Assembly (NCBI GenBank): GCA_032718475.1 | Contig: JAUCBJ010007101.1 | Span: 1-64,000 of the forward strand | DNA: 64,000 bases | Direction: 5' to 3' | Source: Nemertoderma westbladi | Taxonomy: Eukaryota; Animalia; Xenacoelomorpha | In this document: in pieces, positions 25,614 through 38,352 of the stretch | How the letters are laid out: each line of letters opens with the position of its first letter | How positions within the stretch are numbered: the stretch's first letter is position 1 | Made by a program: the position numbers and the translations under genes | Notes under the pieces: generated by a model | What the model was told of the DNA's origin: nothing | The model's database searches: none | Seen by the model: the letters and a program-made list of their open reading frames with translations, nothing else

Positions 25614-28600
25614 CGATGAACCACTACCTGCCGTCAGAGATCAATTCGATGGAATGCATCTTTACCGGAGGACCTGAGGCGAGGATGAGGAGACGCCAAA
25701 GGTTTTCACCATATATAAGTTGTTTTACAAATGCAGCGAAAGCATGAATAAACAAGACATATCAATCCCCGATCGACTGAATGAGTTGAATCCCAAACTG
25801 ATATTAACGCGGTGTAAAGCTCATCAGTTTCTTAGGAATAACGAGGGAGGTTACCCGATGAGTAATCCGATGATCAGCATCGATTTTAGCGGAAAGAGAC
25901 CTCCAAGACCTGTTACGCCGACCGTTACGACTTTGGACCCGTATACGGAAATTAAACCCCGTATGACGCCCGCTTTGATAGAAACGGCGGCGGCCATTTC
26001 GCTTTACCGTCCCTATAAGGACCTAGAGGCACGGCGCAAAGCGGCATGGGACTCGAGTACCAAACCCGCGGGTTTGGAACTCTCGAGTCCCTGGACCACA
26101 TTCACTTCGCCTCACCGGGAGAGGAAGCTCACGCCTGAGCACCAGGACAAGATAGACGCGTTGCGGCAGGAAGAGCGAGCGGCGAAGGCGAAGCAGTTAT
26201 TCGAAGAGCGTATAGCAGAGTTTAACAAGACTGCAGATAGACATCAGGAGGAGACGAGGAGAGTCACTGGATTTGTTCCACAGGCTGTATCTCAACCTAG
26301 ACCGGTGTATTATTCCAGCGGAAATGAAGCTGCGATGTTGGTAGATCACCCGGAGTCACGAGAAGCCATTCGATTCTTGCCGATGGTGATGTTGACGGAT
26401 CATGGGAACGTTGACTGCTTGAGGGAGGCTTTGTGTGCGAAGTTCTTGCATGATGTCCCGATGCAGATAACAGACTACGATACATTGGATAAGATTGGAG
26501 CTCCGGGGAAGGAGAGTAAGTTGTTTGGTTGGTTAGACAAATACATAAAGGTATGGGTCGCGGTGGCTACGTTCCCAGACGACGAGGAGGTAGACCAGGC
26601 GTGGCTAAGGAGGAAGGGTTCCTATACCCACTATGACGACCACAAGGCTATCGAGCGCATGTGGACCCCATCCGACGAGATCCAGCGTCAATGGAGAAAG
26701 ACGGAGGAATCCTTGGAGGATTGGAGTTTGATGTTCTACGATAACGAGGGAGGGTCTCACCAGGAATGCTTAACTAGTAAGTGCATTCAAATTCGCGCAG
26801 CTGACGGTGTAACTCACGTGTTTATGCATGTGATGGCTGACCGAGAAAAACCGGAGCCCATCATAACGACTGAATATAGGCGAGGGAGGATCCCAGAGAA
26901 CAAATCTTAGAGGTATGTAGATGAGGGGGTATGCACGGAGCGGAGCGTATCGATGCCAGGATGTTACCCAAGAAGGTTAGGGAGGCGATCCTTAATCAGG
27001 ATTACGTTAAGGTGGGATCGGGTGTCCAAAGCGATTTGGAGAGCGATTTTAATGCTATGACGGATCTAGAGGATCGATTGCCGAGACCGTTCGTCGACAC
27101 CAAGCTATTATTGCTATGGGCGCAGGACATTGGGATTTATAGGGAGTATCCTAATTCTGTTAAGACTGGTATGGGCTTTATAGCGCATTTGTTATATAAT
27201 TGGGACTTCAAGTTAAAGATGCAAAAGAAATACGAGGAGGTGTACGGTGAATATAACATGCCGCCGGGAGCGGAGTTCAAATCCCACTTTAAGCGGCAAG
27301 CGTTAGTGTATTGGAACATCTGCGCACCACCCCGTGCATCGTTGCAATATTATTTGGTACTGGAGTCGAACACGGTAACTTGTTTAATCACGGATATCAT
27401 TGCGAGAGTTCTGAAGCACCATCCATTGGTATTCGGAGGAGAACAATACATTAAATCGAAGGGAAGAATTCAGTCTGATGTGATGAAGCGTTTCTTAACC
27501 CCGTTCTTCAACCAATCGCTAGACAATACATCAATGGTTAGGAGAGGATTGGCGATATTCGAAGGAGTATACCGACAGACCATCAGAGATTTGGGAGATC
27601 GACCTTCCATGGAGTATCCGACGCCGGAGGCATTGGAGAAGTGGTTCGGGAACCAAACCCACGGGTTTGGTACTCCCGTCCACTTGGAGGAAGATAGAAC
27701 CGTTAGAGAGAGGAAGGGAGAGGGTTGGCCTGAGACGTTAGTAGAGGTGTTCGGAATGGATCTTCCTGTGGAGAAGACATATCCTAAATGGACGCGGGAG
27801 GAAATATTAGAGATCGAGCACAAAGGCGAGGATGTTTACTTTGTTCCGGATCGGCAACCCTTGACTGGAGAGGATGACATCGTTCTAGATATTGGGAAGG
27901 AAGGAAGCGCGAAGCAGATTGGAGACCTCATATATGAGAGGGCTTGGTTTCCGCAAGCGTGTAGATGCAAATTATGCGGCAGCATGAGACATAGTCAAAA
28001 GACATGTGACACTGTGTTAGAAGCGGCGCACAAGGTTTGCTGTTGGTGCAACGAGACTGACCATTCTTTCCATACATGTACTGTCTTCATTTCCCAGTAT
28101 GGATATTGCGGAGTGAAAGGACACCATAGTGCAAAGTGCCAGCTGCGTGATGATTCCTTCCAGAACCACAGCGCTAACCTCCTCCGGGAGATGTTGGATA
28201 AGTGGGAAAGCGTGGCAGATTATCATATTCAAGCACAGATGAGGTGGCTACCGTTTAAGGCAGGCTACGGATTCTGGGTGGTGGATCCATCACACGTTGC
28301 ATGCGAACCATATTTGCAATCCCTACCTCAATATCAAGAATTGATGTTAACCACCCAGGACCTTCCGCAGAATACAGGAGTTGTGGTCATTAGATCTTAT
28401 TTCCGGCAGCTCGATATGGACAACAAATATACATGGAATTTCATCTGCGACAGAATTACGAAAGGAGTGTTCTCAGAAACGAGAAAGGTAGTATGCGCAC
28501 GAGGCGATTGGAGGATGGCGGCTATCCAATACCGGAACGAGTTCTTGCTAACTCACGTTCAGTTGGGGTCATTGACCGCTGAATGGGTGGAGGAGCAAAG

Positions 28601-28970
28601 GACTGCCGCGCCCACAGCGACAACAGCCGGAGCTCATAGCTTGCGGCAAGGAACATAAGGAGTAGTCCTTGGCAAGCATCAAGCCAAGGATGTGCAATAC
28701 CACGCAATTATCGACGCGCAAAAACTGCAACGAAAGGCGCAGGGGTGTCCGAAAGGGCGCGCGTGCAGTTGCAGAAAGAAGAGTTGGCGGAGGTGCCCAC
28801 AGGGACACGGCAAAAGGGGCGAGGCCAAGGGAGGAGCACCAGCCGGGAGCCAGTTGGTGCCCAGGGAACGTCGTCGCCAGTTCCGTGAAGTGACGCCTCA
28901 CGGACGCCGTCAACAGAGTCTACAGGGGGTAGACTGGTGTATCTGGGAAGGGGACGAAAAAGAGGAGTGA
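25612..28970 (+). pseudogene. Retroelement accessory ORF: DEDDy-like (WRN/EXD2/RNase D-type) 3'-5' exonuclease plus three Zn knuckles
   Basis: ExoI-like MFYDNEG...CIQIRA; ExoII-like LPKKVREAILNQDYVKVGSGVQSDL, FVDT, TGMGFIAHLL; ExoIII-like QYYLVLES; CKLCGSMRHSQKTC, CCWCNETDHSFHTC, YGYCGVKGHHSAKC. Lesions: TGA near 25675, frameshift/stops near 26910, TAA at 28658. Confidence 0.72.
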
Positions 28971-29526
28971 GCCCGAGAGACCCAGGAGCTAGCCGATGAT
29001 GCCACATATCACGGAGCGACAAACTCTAGACATATACATCATCGTCGCTCTGATGTATATCGTAGGTTTTGATAAAACATTCGACTGGACTCATATACAC
29101 TAGTCGTATCCATTTTTTAGAATTTTATAAGCGGTGTATATTATATTATGATATAATATTAATAGCAAGAGGCGAAGGAGGTGATTGGGGAGACAAACCC
29201 ACGAGTTTTGCTTACCCCTTTCACCTGCCCTAGCCAGGGCGTTTTATATTATTTAGGTAGACCATCAATTTGTAAATAAATGGAAGGGAAGCAATATTTT
29301 TGTAATTTAATTTGTATGTAGTAATTATTATGCAGCAGAGGAAGCAATATTTTTGTAATTTAATTTGTATGTAAAAATCATTATGCAATATTAATGGCAA
29401 TATTTATACATATTAAAATTATTATAGAACCAAGTTATTGAATTGTTTGAAAGTAAATTTTATTTTGTTAATTCTCATTGCCCTATATTCTTCTACAATT
29501 GGAGGGAAACATTGCTTGTTTCCCTT

Positions 29527-30350
29527 GGAGCGGTGTTACGATATATGGCGCTGTGTACTGAAGCAGCCCATTATACAGTATAAAGTATTTTAGATAAGTC
29601 ATAATGATGTACATCCGTGATTAGATAGGGACAATAAAATATCCAAGTATATATATTTCATCCATTTTTGTAAAAGTATGTAGTTTGCGTATGTAATTTT
29701 ATAATAAAATCTTAGTAAATAACATTTATGGTGGCAAACTCTTATAAAACCTTAATACGAATTTGCCGTTTATCAATATTGACTGAATTAATTGTGTATT
29801 TGTGTTAATTTCCTTTTATATTTCTCTCTAAATTGGCTTTATATCGATTGATGCTTAATGTGCTTTAATAATCGCGAAATTAATGTTACAGCCAGCAACC
29901 TATAAGCCCACCAGGACAGAATTCATTACCATATATTGTAATAATTTGTGAAGCGGGGGAAAGGGATCACAACCCGGCTTCCCCATTGGCCCAGCTGTTC
30001 TAGGTTAGTCTATTGGTGGCATGGTTTGCTGGACCAATGAGACGATTATTGCGTCATATCTATTTCGTCAGCTATAAATTGGCCGTGTTCCGGTATGTGC
30101 TTAATGCCTTTTCTTTAATGTTATATGGCCAGACGATTATTCTGCCTCAGTATACCTTTTTTGTATGATTTGAATTCTTTGATTTTCCTTTCTTCCAATT
30201 ATGTAAATTGTTGACAATGATTCTGCTGATTACTTCTTAATTACAATCTCGAACTATGATTTCTACATTTGACTCTTGATTTCTATGTGATTGAGATGTG
30301 ATAATCCTTACGGGGATTTCTTTTAGACTGTCAGACTGTTTGCGAACGCA
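29527..30350 (+). mobile_element. Putative PPT and 3' LTR of element C
   Basis: ggagcgg|tgttacg at 29527-29540 has the same GGAGCGG|TGT junction as the PPT/LTR of A and B; the right end (gcgaacgca, ~30350) is a guess. Confidence 0.5.
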
Positions 30351-30480
30351 TGCGCCGATATGGTAGCTATTTGTTTTAGCATGGAGGGCTAAGGTACCGG
30401 TAGGCGCGGCGGGCGCACCGGGGAAGCGACGGAGGGAAGTATGGAGGATCCAATGTGGGGCGATGCTGGCGGGGGGCCAC

Positions 30481-33400
30481 CTGTATTTATTGTGCCGTCT
30501 GGGATCTAACTGTATTTATTGTGCCATCTGGGATCTAACTGTATATATTGTGCCGTCTGGGATCTAACTGTATTTATAGTGCCGTCTGGGATCTAACTGT
30601 ATTTATTGTGCCGTCTGGGATCTAACTGTATTTATTGTGCCGTCTGGGATCTAACTGTATTTATTGTGCCGTCTGGGATCTAACTGTATATATTGTGCCA
30701 TCTGTGATCTAACTGTATTTATAGTGCCGTCTGGGATCTAACTGTATTTATTGTGCCTGTCTGGGATCTTACTGTATATATTGTGCCGTCTGGGATCTAA
30801 TTGTATTTATAGTGCGGTCTGGGATCTAAGTGTATTTATTGTGCCGTCTGGGATCTAACTGTGTTTATTGTGCCGTCTGGGATCTAACTGTATATATGTG
30901 CCGTCTGGGATCTAACTGTATTTATTGAGCCGTCTGGTATCTAACTGTTTTTATTGTGCCGTCTGGGATCTAACTGTATTTATTGTGCCGTCTGGGATCT
31001 AACTGTGTTTATTGTGCCGCCTGGGATCTAACTGTGTTTATTGTGCCGTCTGGGATCTAACTGTATTTATTGTGCCATCTGGGATCTAACTGTATTTATT
31101 GTGCCGTCTGGGATCTAACTGTATTTATTGTGCCGTCTGGGATCTAACTGTATTTATTGTGCCGTCTGGGATCTAACTGTATTTATTGTGCCGTATGGGA
31201 TCTAACTGTATTTATTGTGCCGCATGGTATCTAACTGTATTTATTGTGCCATCTGGGATCTAACTGTATTTAGTGTGCTGTCTGGGATCTAGCTGTATTT
31301 ATTGTGCCGTCTGGGATCTAACTGTATTTATTGTGCCGTCTGGGATCTAACTGTATTTATTGTGCCGCATGGTATCTAACTGTATTTATTGTGCCGTCTG
31401 GGATCTAAATGTACATATTGTGCCGTCTGGGATCTAACTGTATTTATTGTGCCGTCTTGGTATCTAACTGTATTTAGTGTGTCGTCTGGGATCTAACTGT
31501 ATTTATTGTGCCGTCTGGGATCTAACTGTATATATTGTGCCATCTGTGATCTAACTGTATTTATAGTGCCGTCTGCGATCTAACTGTATTTATTGTGCCG
31601 TCTGGGATCTTACTGTATATATTGTGCCGTCTGGGATCTAATTGTATTTATAGTGCGGTCTGGGATCTAAGTGTATTTATTGTGCCGTCTGGGATCTAAC
31701 TGTGTTTATTGTGCCGTCTTGGATCTAACTGTATATATGTGCCGTCTGGGATCTAACTGTATTTATTGAGCCGTCTGGTATCTAACTATTTTTATTGTGC
31801 CGTCTGGGATCTAACTGTATTTATTGTGCCGTCTGGGATCTAACTGTGTTTATTGTGCCGCCTGGGATCTAACTGTGTTTATTGTGCCGTCTGGGATCTA
31901 ACTGTATTTATTGTGCCATCTGGGATCTAACTGTATTTATTGTGCCGTCTGGGATCTAACTGTATTTATTGTGCCGTCTGGGATCTAACTGTATTTATTG
32001 TGCCGTCTGGGATCTAACTGTATTTATTGTGCCGTATGGGATCTAACTGTATTTATTGTGCCGCATGGTATCTAACTGTATTTATTGTGCCATCTGGGAT
32101 CTAACTGTATTTAGTGTGCTGTCTGTGATCTAGCTGTATTTATTGTGCCGTCTGGGATCTAACTGTATTTATTGTGCCGTCTGGGATCTAACTGTATTTA
32201 TTGTGCCGCATGGTATCTAACTGTATTTATTGTGCCGTCTGGGATCTAAATGTACATATTGTGCCGTCTGGGATCTAACTGTATTTATTGTGCCGTCTTG
32301 GTATCTAACTGTATTTAGTGTGTCGTCTGGGATCTAACTGTATTTATTGTGCCGTCTGGGATCTAACTGTATTTATTGTGCCGTCTGGGATCTAACTGTA
32401 TTTATAGTGTCACATGGTATCTAACTGTATTTATTGTGCCGTCTTGGTATCTAACTGTATTTAGTGTGCCGTCTGGGATCTAACTGTATTTATTGTGCCG
32501 TCTGGGATCTAACTGTATTTATTGTGCCGCATGGCATCTAACTGTATTTATTGTGCCGTCTGGGATCTAATTGTATTTATTGTGTCGCATGGTATCTAAC
32601 TGTATTTATTGTGCCGCATGGTATCTAACTGTATTTATTGTGCCATCTGGGATCTAACTGTATTTATTGTGCCGTCTGGGATCTAACTGTATATATTGTG
32701 CCGTCTGGGTGATCTAACTGTATTTATTGTGCCGTCTTGGTATCTAACTGTATTTAGTGTGCCCTCTGGGATCTAACTGTATTTATTGTGCCGTCTGGGA
32801 TCTAACTGTATTTATTGTGCCGCCTGGGATCTAACTGTATTTAGTGTGCCGTCTGGGATCTAGCTGTATTTACTGTGCCGTCTGGGATTTAACTGTATTT
32901 ATTGTGCCGTCTGGGATCTAAATGTACATATTGTGCCGTCTGGATCTAACTGTATTTATTGTGTCGTCTGGTATCTAACTGTATTTATTGTGTCGCATGG
33001 TATCTAACTGTATTTATTGTGCCGCCTGGGATTTAACTGTATTTATTGTGCCGTCTGGTATCTAACTGTATTTATTGTGTTACATGGTATCTAACTGTAT
33101 TTATTGTGCCGTCTGGGATCTAAATGTACATATTGTGCCGTCTGGGATCTAACTGTATTTATTGTGCCGTCTTGGTATCTAACTGTATTTAGTGTGCCGT
33201 CTGGGATCTAACTGTATTTATTGTGCCGTCTGGGATCTAACTGTATTTATTGTGCCGTCTGGGATTTAACTGTATTTATTGTGCCGTCTGGTATCTAACT
33301 GTATTTGTTGTGTCGCATGGTATTTAACTGTATTTATTGTGACGTCTGGGATCTAAATGTACATATTGTGCCGTCTGGGTTCTAACTGTATTTATTGTGC

Positions 33401-33570
33401 CGTCTCGGATCTAACTGTATTTATTGTGCCGTCTGGGATTTAACTGTATTTGTTGTGTCGCATGGTATCTAACTGTATTTATTGTGCCGTCTGGGATCTA
33501 AATGTACATATTGTGCCGTCTGGGATCTAACTGTATTTATTGTGCCGTCTGGTTTCTGACTGTATTTATT
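30481..33570. repeat. 29-bp satellite, ~106 units
   Basis: Unit ctgtatttattgtgccgtctgggatctaa. Confidence 0.98.
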
Positions 33571-33910
33571 GTGTATTTATGTATTTATTGTAACCTGCGA
33601 AGTGTCCATCTCTTTAAACTCTTCCTATCCTAACACCAAGACCTCACTGTTTTCTGGGCCACACATTAGCCATCTGGAACCTTCTATTCATCAGTTTGTG
33701 ATAAAAGCGAATAATGTAAAACTTGTACTAACACATTCCCATTCACCGTTGCCATCATCACGAAACTTCGATCGTTCTAACGCCTGGATGAGGCGTGGAA
33801 AATTACACGGAAATTAATGCTTTCATAACATATAGAATTTCTGAAATTCAGAACGTTGGCATGGAATGTACTGCAAGACAATTATCAGTGAGGGACAAAG
33901 GTTTAGAATC

Positions 33911-34270
33911 CACTCCAATCACACTTAGCTTATGTTTAAGTTGCCCCACTCCAATCACTCTTAGCTTATGTTTAAGTTGCCCCACTCCAATCACACTTAG
34001 CTTATGTTTAAGTTGCCCCCCTCCAATCACTCTTAGCTTATGTTTAAGTTGCCCCACTCCAATCACACTTAGCTTATGTTTAAGTTGCCCCATTCCAATC
34101 ACTCTTAGCTTATGTTTAAGTTGCCCCACTCCAATCACACTTAGCTTATGTTTTAAGTTGCCCCACTCCAATCACACTTAGCTTTTGTTTAAGTTGCCCC
34201 ACTCCAATCACACTTAGCTTGTGTTTAAGTTGCCCCACTCCAATCACACTTAGCTTGTGTTTAAGTTGCC
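33911..34270. repeat. 36-bp minisatellite, ~10 units
   Basis: Unit cactccaatcacacttagcttatgtttaagttgccc. Confidence 0.95.
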
Positions 34271-35239
34271 AATCAAAGATAGTTCGTTTTAACCATCTTT
34301 GTAGGTTTGGAAGGCGCGTCCATGCCTTGTCCTTGTCCAGGACAGCCTTCTGCCCAGAGTAAATTAATTGAGGACTGGGGTATACAGGCAGTCATCCATA
34401 TTTCTATTTGCTTCTATTAATATCTCGAATGCCCATGTTTGCTATTATAATGAGTTACAATACGTGTTATTACAAATTTGGTGGGAGAACACGTTAAAGG
34501 TATTTCGATGTGATCATTATCATCAATGGCAATAATGATAGTAGGCCCTATTAATAAGTAAAAAGAAATAAACAGCATGTTGGGTCAAAAAAGTTGACAG
34601 TTTATTGAAGTTTCTCTATTATATTAGGACGGTATGATGACGATTTCTGGGGTGATACTAAGTTGTGAATAGGTTGCTTCGAGGAATTAACGTACTACTA
34701 CAGTACTATCGGCATGCTGATTATATATATTACATAAATATTAAGATTGCTCTGTCGGCTTGTCGACAAATTTGCGCCAACACAACTCTCTATCAAATAA
34801 GACATTTGCAAGATCATCCGCATCTCCAAGGCTAGTGTCCTAGTCCTAGAGGCGTCTCAAGAAAGTCATGGGCTATCCATTATGCACACGGCGAAAGCAA
34901 TGTCCTGCAAAGCGGAAGCGTTAAAGTGGTAAGCTAGGGGGGGGGGGGTCTAATGAAACAACTACAATGTTGTATAGAGTCTGATTGGAAATTTTGGTCT
35001 TTCTTGGAGTTTACAAAAAGACCAACACTAGAAGCAACGTTGCTCCAATGAGCAAAAGGTGACTATTGGCTCCCTCTAGTGATTCTGACAGTGCAGTACC
35101 CCTAAGTTATCAGCAAATTCTACATCAGTAAGGTACTTTACGGGATTTCCTTTACTTATTGTGCCAGTAGGGGTGTTACCATCACCCCATCGTTATTAAG
35201 ATGGTCTAAGAGCTTGCGTAGAACCAGTTTCAGAGAATA

Positions 35240-35625
35240 TTATATGCAGTTCGTGAAACGCCTGGCATCAAAACTGGCAGAGAAGCGGATGGTCTCCTAC
35301 TCCGAGTCGGTCTCCTGGGTGCGACGACGCGTCAACTTTTCATTGCTGAGATCGTCCCTGATGTTTCTCCGTGGGTTCCGGTCAGCTGACAGACGACCAA
35401 TGTGGGTGCCAGTTGCTGACGCATCTATCGTGTTGGCGAACGCGAACATGGATCCAGGACTGTTTGCGTGGGGGACTATTGCTGCTGTACTGTAGTTATA
35501 AACTATCACATGCACTGCAGTGTGGTAAATAGCCAGCAGGTTAGACATTTGTGTTTTATGATTGCTAGGTAAGAGGTTTTGTCAGCTGGTGGCGGGTTTT
35601 ATAATACATTTATTAATAAAATAAA
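35240..35625 (+). mobile_element. 5'-truncated CRE-like non-LTR retrotransposon (end of restriction-like endonuclease plus 3' UTR)
   Basis: FVKRLASKLAEKRMVSYSESVSWVRRRVNFSLLRSSLMFLRGFRS resembles the C-terminus of CRE-clade ORFs; followed by an aataaaataaa tail. Confidence 0.7.
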
Positions 35626-37099
35626 TGTGCCGGAAAGGTCAGTAAAAAAAAATATATATAGACTATTAATATATGAGGTATTACATGGTTGATCACCGAA
35701 TAAATACAATTTATTATTTAAGTCGGCTTGATATACGCAGTGAAATAAAGTAAACTGAATGATGGGTTATGCGGCGGTATATGTTGCGGTGTGAAATAAA
35801 GTACCCATATTTTACTTTCAGGCTCTCGTTTCATATTGCACTAATTCGCTTACACTCGTTGGTGGAAGTATTCCCACTCGAGTCGTAATTTAATACCGTG
35901 CTACTTTATTTAAACAGAAAAATTACATTACAAACACACCATTACTGGATACCACGCCATTGCTTGCCCACAGAGCACCCCTTTATCAACTCGAGCTACC
36001 TCATATATTATTTTACAAATTAAATATATTTTATAGTATTGCCGAATTACCCGGGGTTCATAGATTAATATATAAAAAATACTTATTATTCACTTACATT
36101 CTTAGATGCGTCAATCACAACGTACTGTACAGTCGGAAATTCGTGAAAGGTCACGCTTCTGAATGTTAATTTATGCTCTTAAATACTTGTCTGTTACTTA
36201 CGGCTGGTGACGGTACTCACATACCGCACCGCACGTCTCTCCTTAGCTGTGCCCCCCACCCGTTGATCCCATGGGGGGAGCAGGCGAGCAGCCATAGGAA
36301 CTGTCTAATAATTAATGCACTGCAGCGCTCATGTCAACTGGCTACTTATTCCAACTTCGGAAAAATGACAAGAAAACAAAATGCGTCGAAAAATAATCAG
36401 AGTAGCTGTGGTATAGTAATATGTAATAGGGTAGCCATAAAAAAAAATTAGAATAAACAGAAACTCATATTCTATTTCGACTGAATTATTACAGAAGAAC
36501 ATGATCGTAGTGGGGGCAGAGGGACCTACTGATGGTGGTACTTGTATCAAGTAAAGACAGTCGCCGTGAGTACTTCTGTAGTATAATTATTTATCAGTGT
36601 AAATAATTTCGCACAACCAAAAAGTCCTAAGGCGTCATATTTTCGAACTTTATAACGCAGTTTGTCATGTCTTCAAGTACGAGGTCCCTAACATAGGTCT
36701 ATAATGTCAGCTGTCCACTACTGTGTATTACCGGTGTACTGTCTGTTATCGCGTCCTCGTAAACATACTAAAAGTTACATGACCTTAAAAACAAATGAAT
36801 AAAATTAGATTCGCTTTTGTTTATGATTAGTGAGTTAATGGCGCAAAATGACCGCAAACTAAGTGTATAGAGGGTTTAAAAAATCTATCAAATTTAATTG
36901 AAAACCTTAAGGAAAAGGATCGGGTTAAGTGGATCTCGGTGACAGCTCGCTATCCATAGCTGACATTCCTATCTCTGTAATCCAAGCTCTCCACTCACAA
37001 TTTTATCACTTTCCCTTTGTGCCTCAATTTGATTAGGACCGGAGACCGGCCGCTAGCCATGCGTAAAATCTACTTAGGAATAAACTTTCTGATAGATAC

Positions 37100-38326
37100 T
37101 GTTCGCGCTTTCAGACCTTTGGCAGTTTAACCCGCCAAATTATGATGTCTTCTAGATAATAAATCACCTTTAGTCTATGACAAGTATTTAATGCACTACA
37201 CTAGTCGAAACCAATCTGTGCGCGATCATTCACCCGCTGGATATACCCGGGAGATTGGGTTCGACGGCTTAATTTTATTGCTATGTAAGCCTAATGTATT
37301 ATTCGACTGACAGTATTATATAATCTCTGACAATATTATTCACCTTCGGGGAATATTAACAGTTCCTTTAGGACGTGGCGCTTTATCTATACAAACAGAG
37401 TTATGACTTAAACTACTCACAACGATATGGCTTAGTTATAATTCACATATATGGCGCATTCTTTAGGAAATGCTTCGTTATCAGTCTCATTCATACACAA
37501 TGCTGCACAATACTGCACACTGATCTGCCGATCTTCACTGATTTTAGTTATATATAAAAGGAACACGGACCGACTCATGTAGGGTCTATCAAATAACATT
37601 AGATTCACTTCAAACCACTTTAACATAAGTCACAATCGTTATATGTAACCTTTCTCTCTTACCTTCGGTATATCAAGAATATTGGGTTTCGGGGTTATTT
37701 ATCGTTATTCCAAATATAATAATTCATCAACCATATTATGAAGAACCGACAGTAAATAGCAGTATAACAATATAAAAGTATGCACAGGTTGTTTGATTAG
37801 GTATGGTGTGTTATGTTATGATAAATGCAGATAACGGATATATGTCTTTATAATTAAGCCTACTAGTGTAAGGCTAAAGCCGTTCTTCCTGGCTTAGAAT
37901 CACCAACAACACTAAAAACTGATAAGAATAACTATAAGAATACCAGCTACCCTTATTCTACAAAGATCTCACCCACCACAGAGAATGAGCATACAGATAG
38001 GAAATTCAGTTCAGTAGATTTGTGATAGGTCAAAATCAAAACCAACTCAAATCCTATTGGCAGATACAGAAGGCAGGGCTATGGGGCACCGTGGCAATAT
38101 CAGCCGTTAGCCGTCGTCATGGTAGCGACACTGTTTTCAAGAGTATCGAGCTTTTTACGTCACGAAATTACAGATTATGTCCTCTAAAGTACAAATACAG
38201 AAGAAATGGCTTTTATGTCCTCTAAAACACCAGTACAGCAAGGACACGGCCTTTTTATGCCTGGTAAACCAACCACAGAGTACTTTACGGGGATAATAAC
38301 CGGCTAATTACGCAAAAGCTTTTACA
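37100..38326 (-). repeat. 3' LTR of element A
   Basis: Near-identical to 47363-48589. Confidence 0.97.
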
Positions 38327-38352
38327 CCGCTCCCAGAAAATGGGATTTAAGT

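Noticed and set aside
20651-25619. Repetitive 15-aa-repeat ORFs (MNVGYCVEWEGIQAA etc.; also 600-1403)
   Set aside because: By-product of a 45-bp unit; open on both strands and in several frames, with scattered stops and no unique coding flanks.
37375-38225. Short ORFs inside the LTRs (repeated at 47638-48488; likewise 50039-50557 and 60673-61191)
   Set aside because: They recur only because LTRs are duplicated and are not conserved between A and B.
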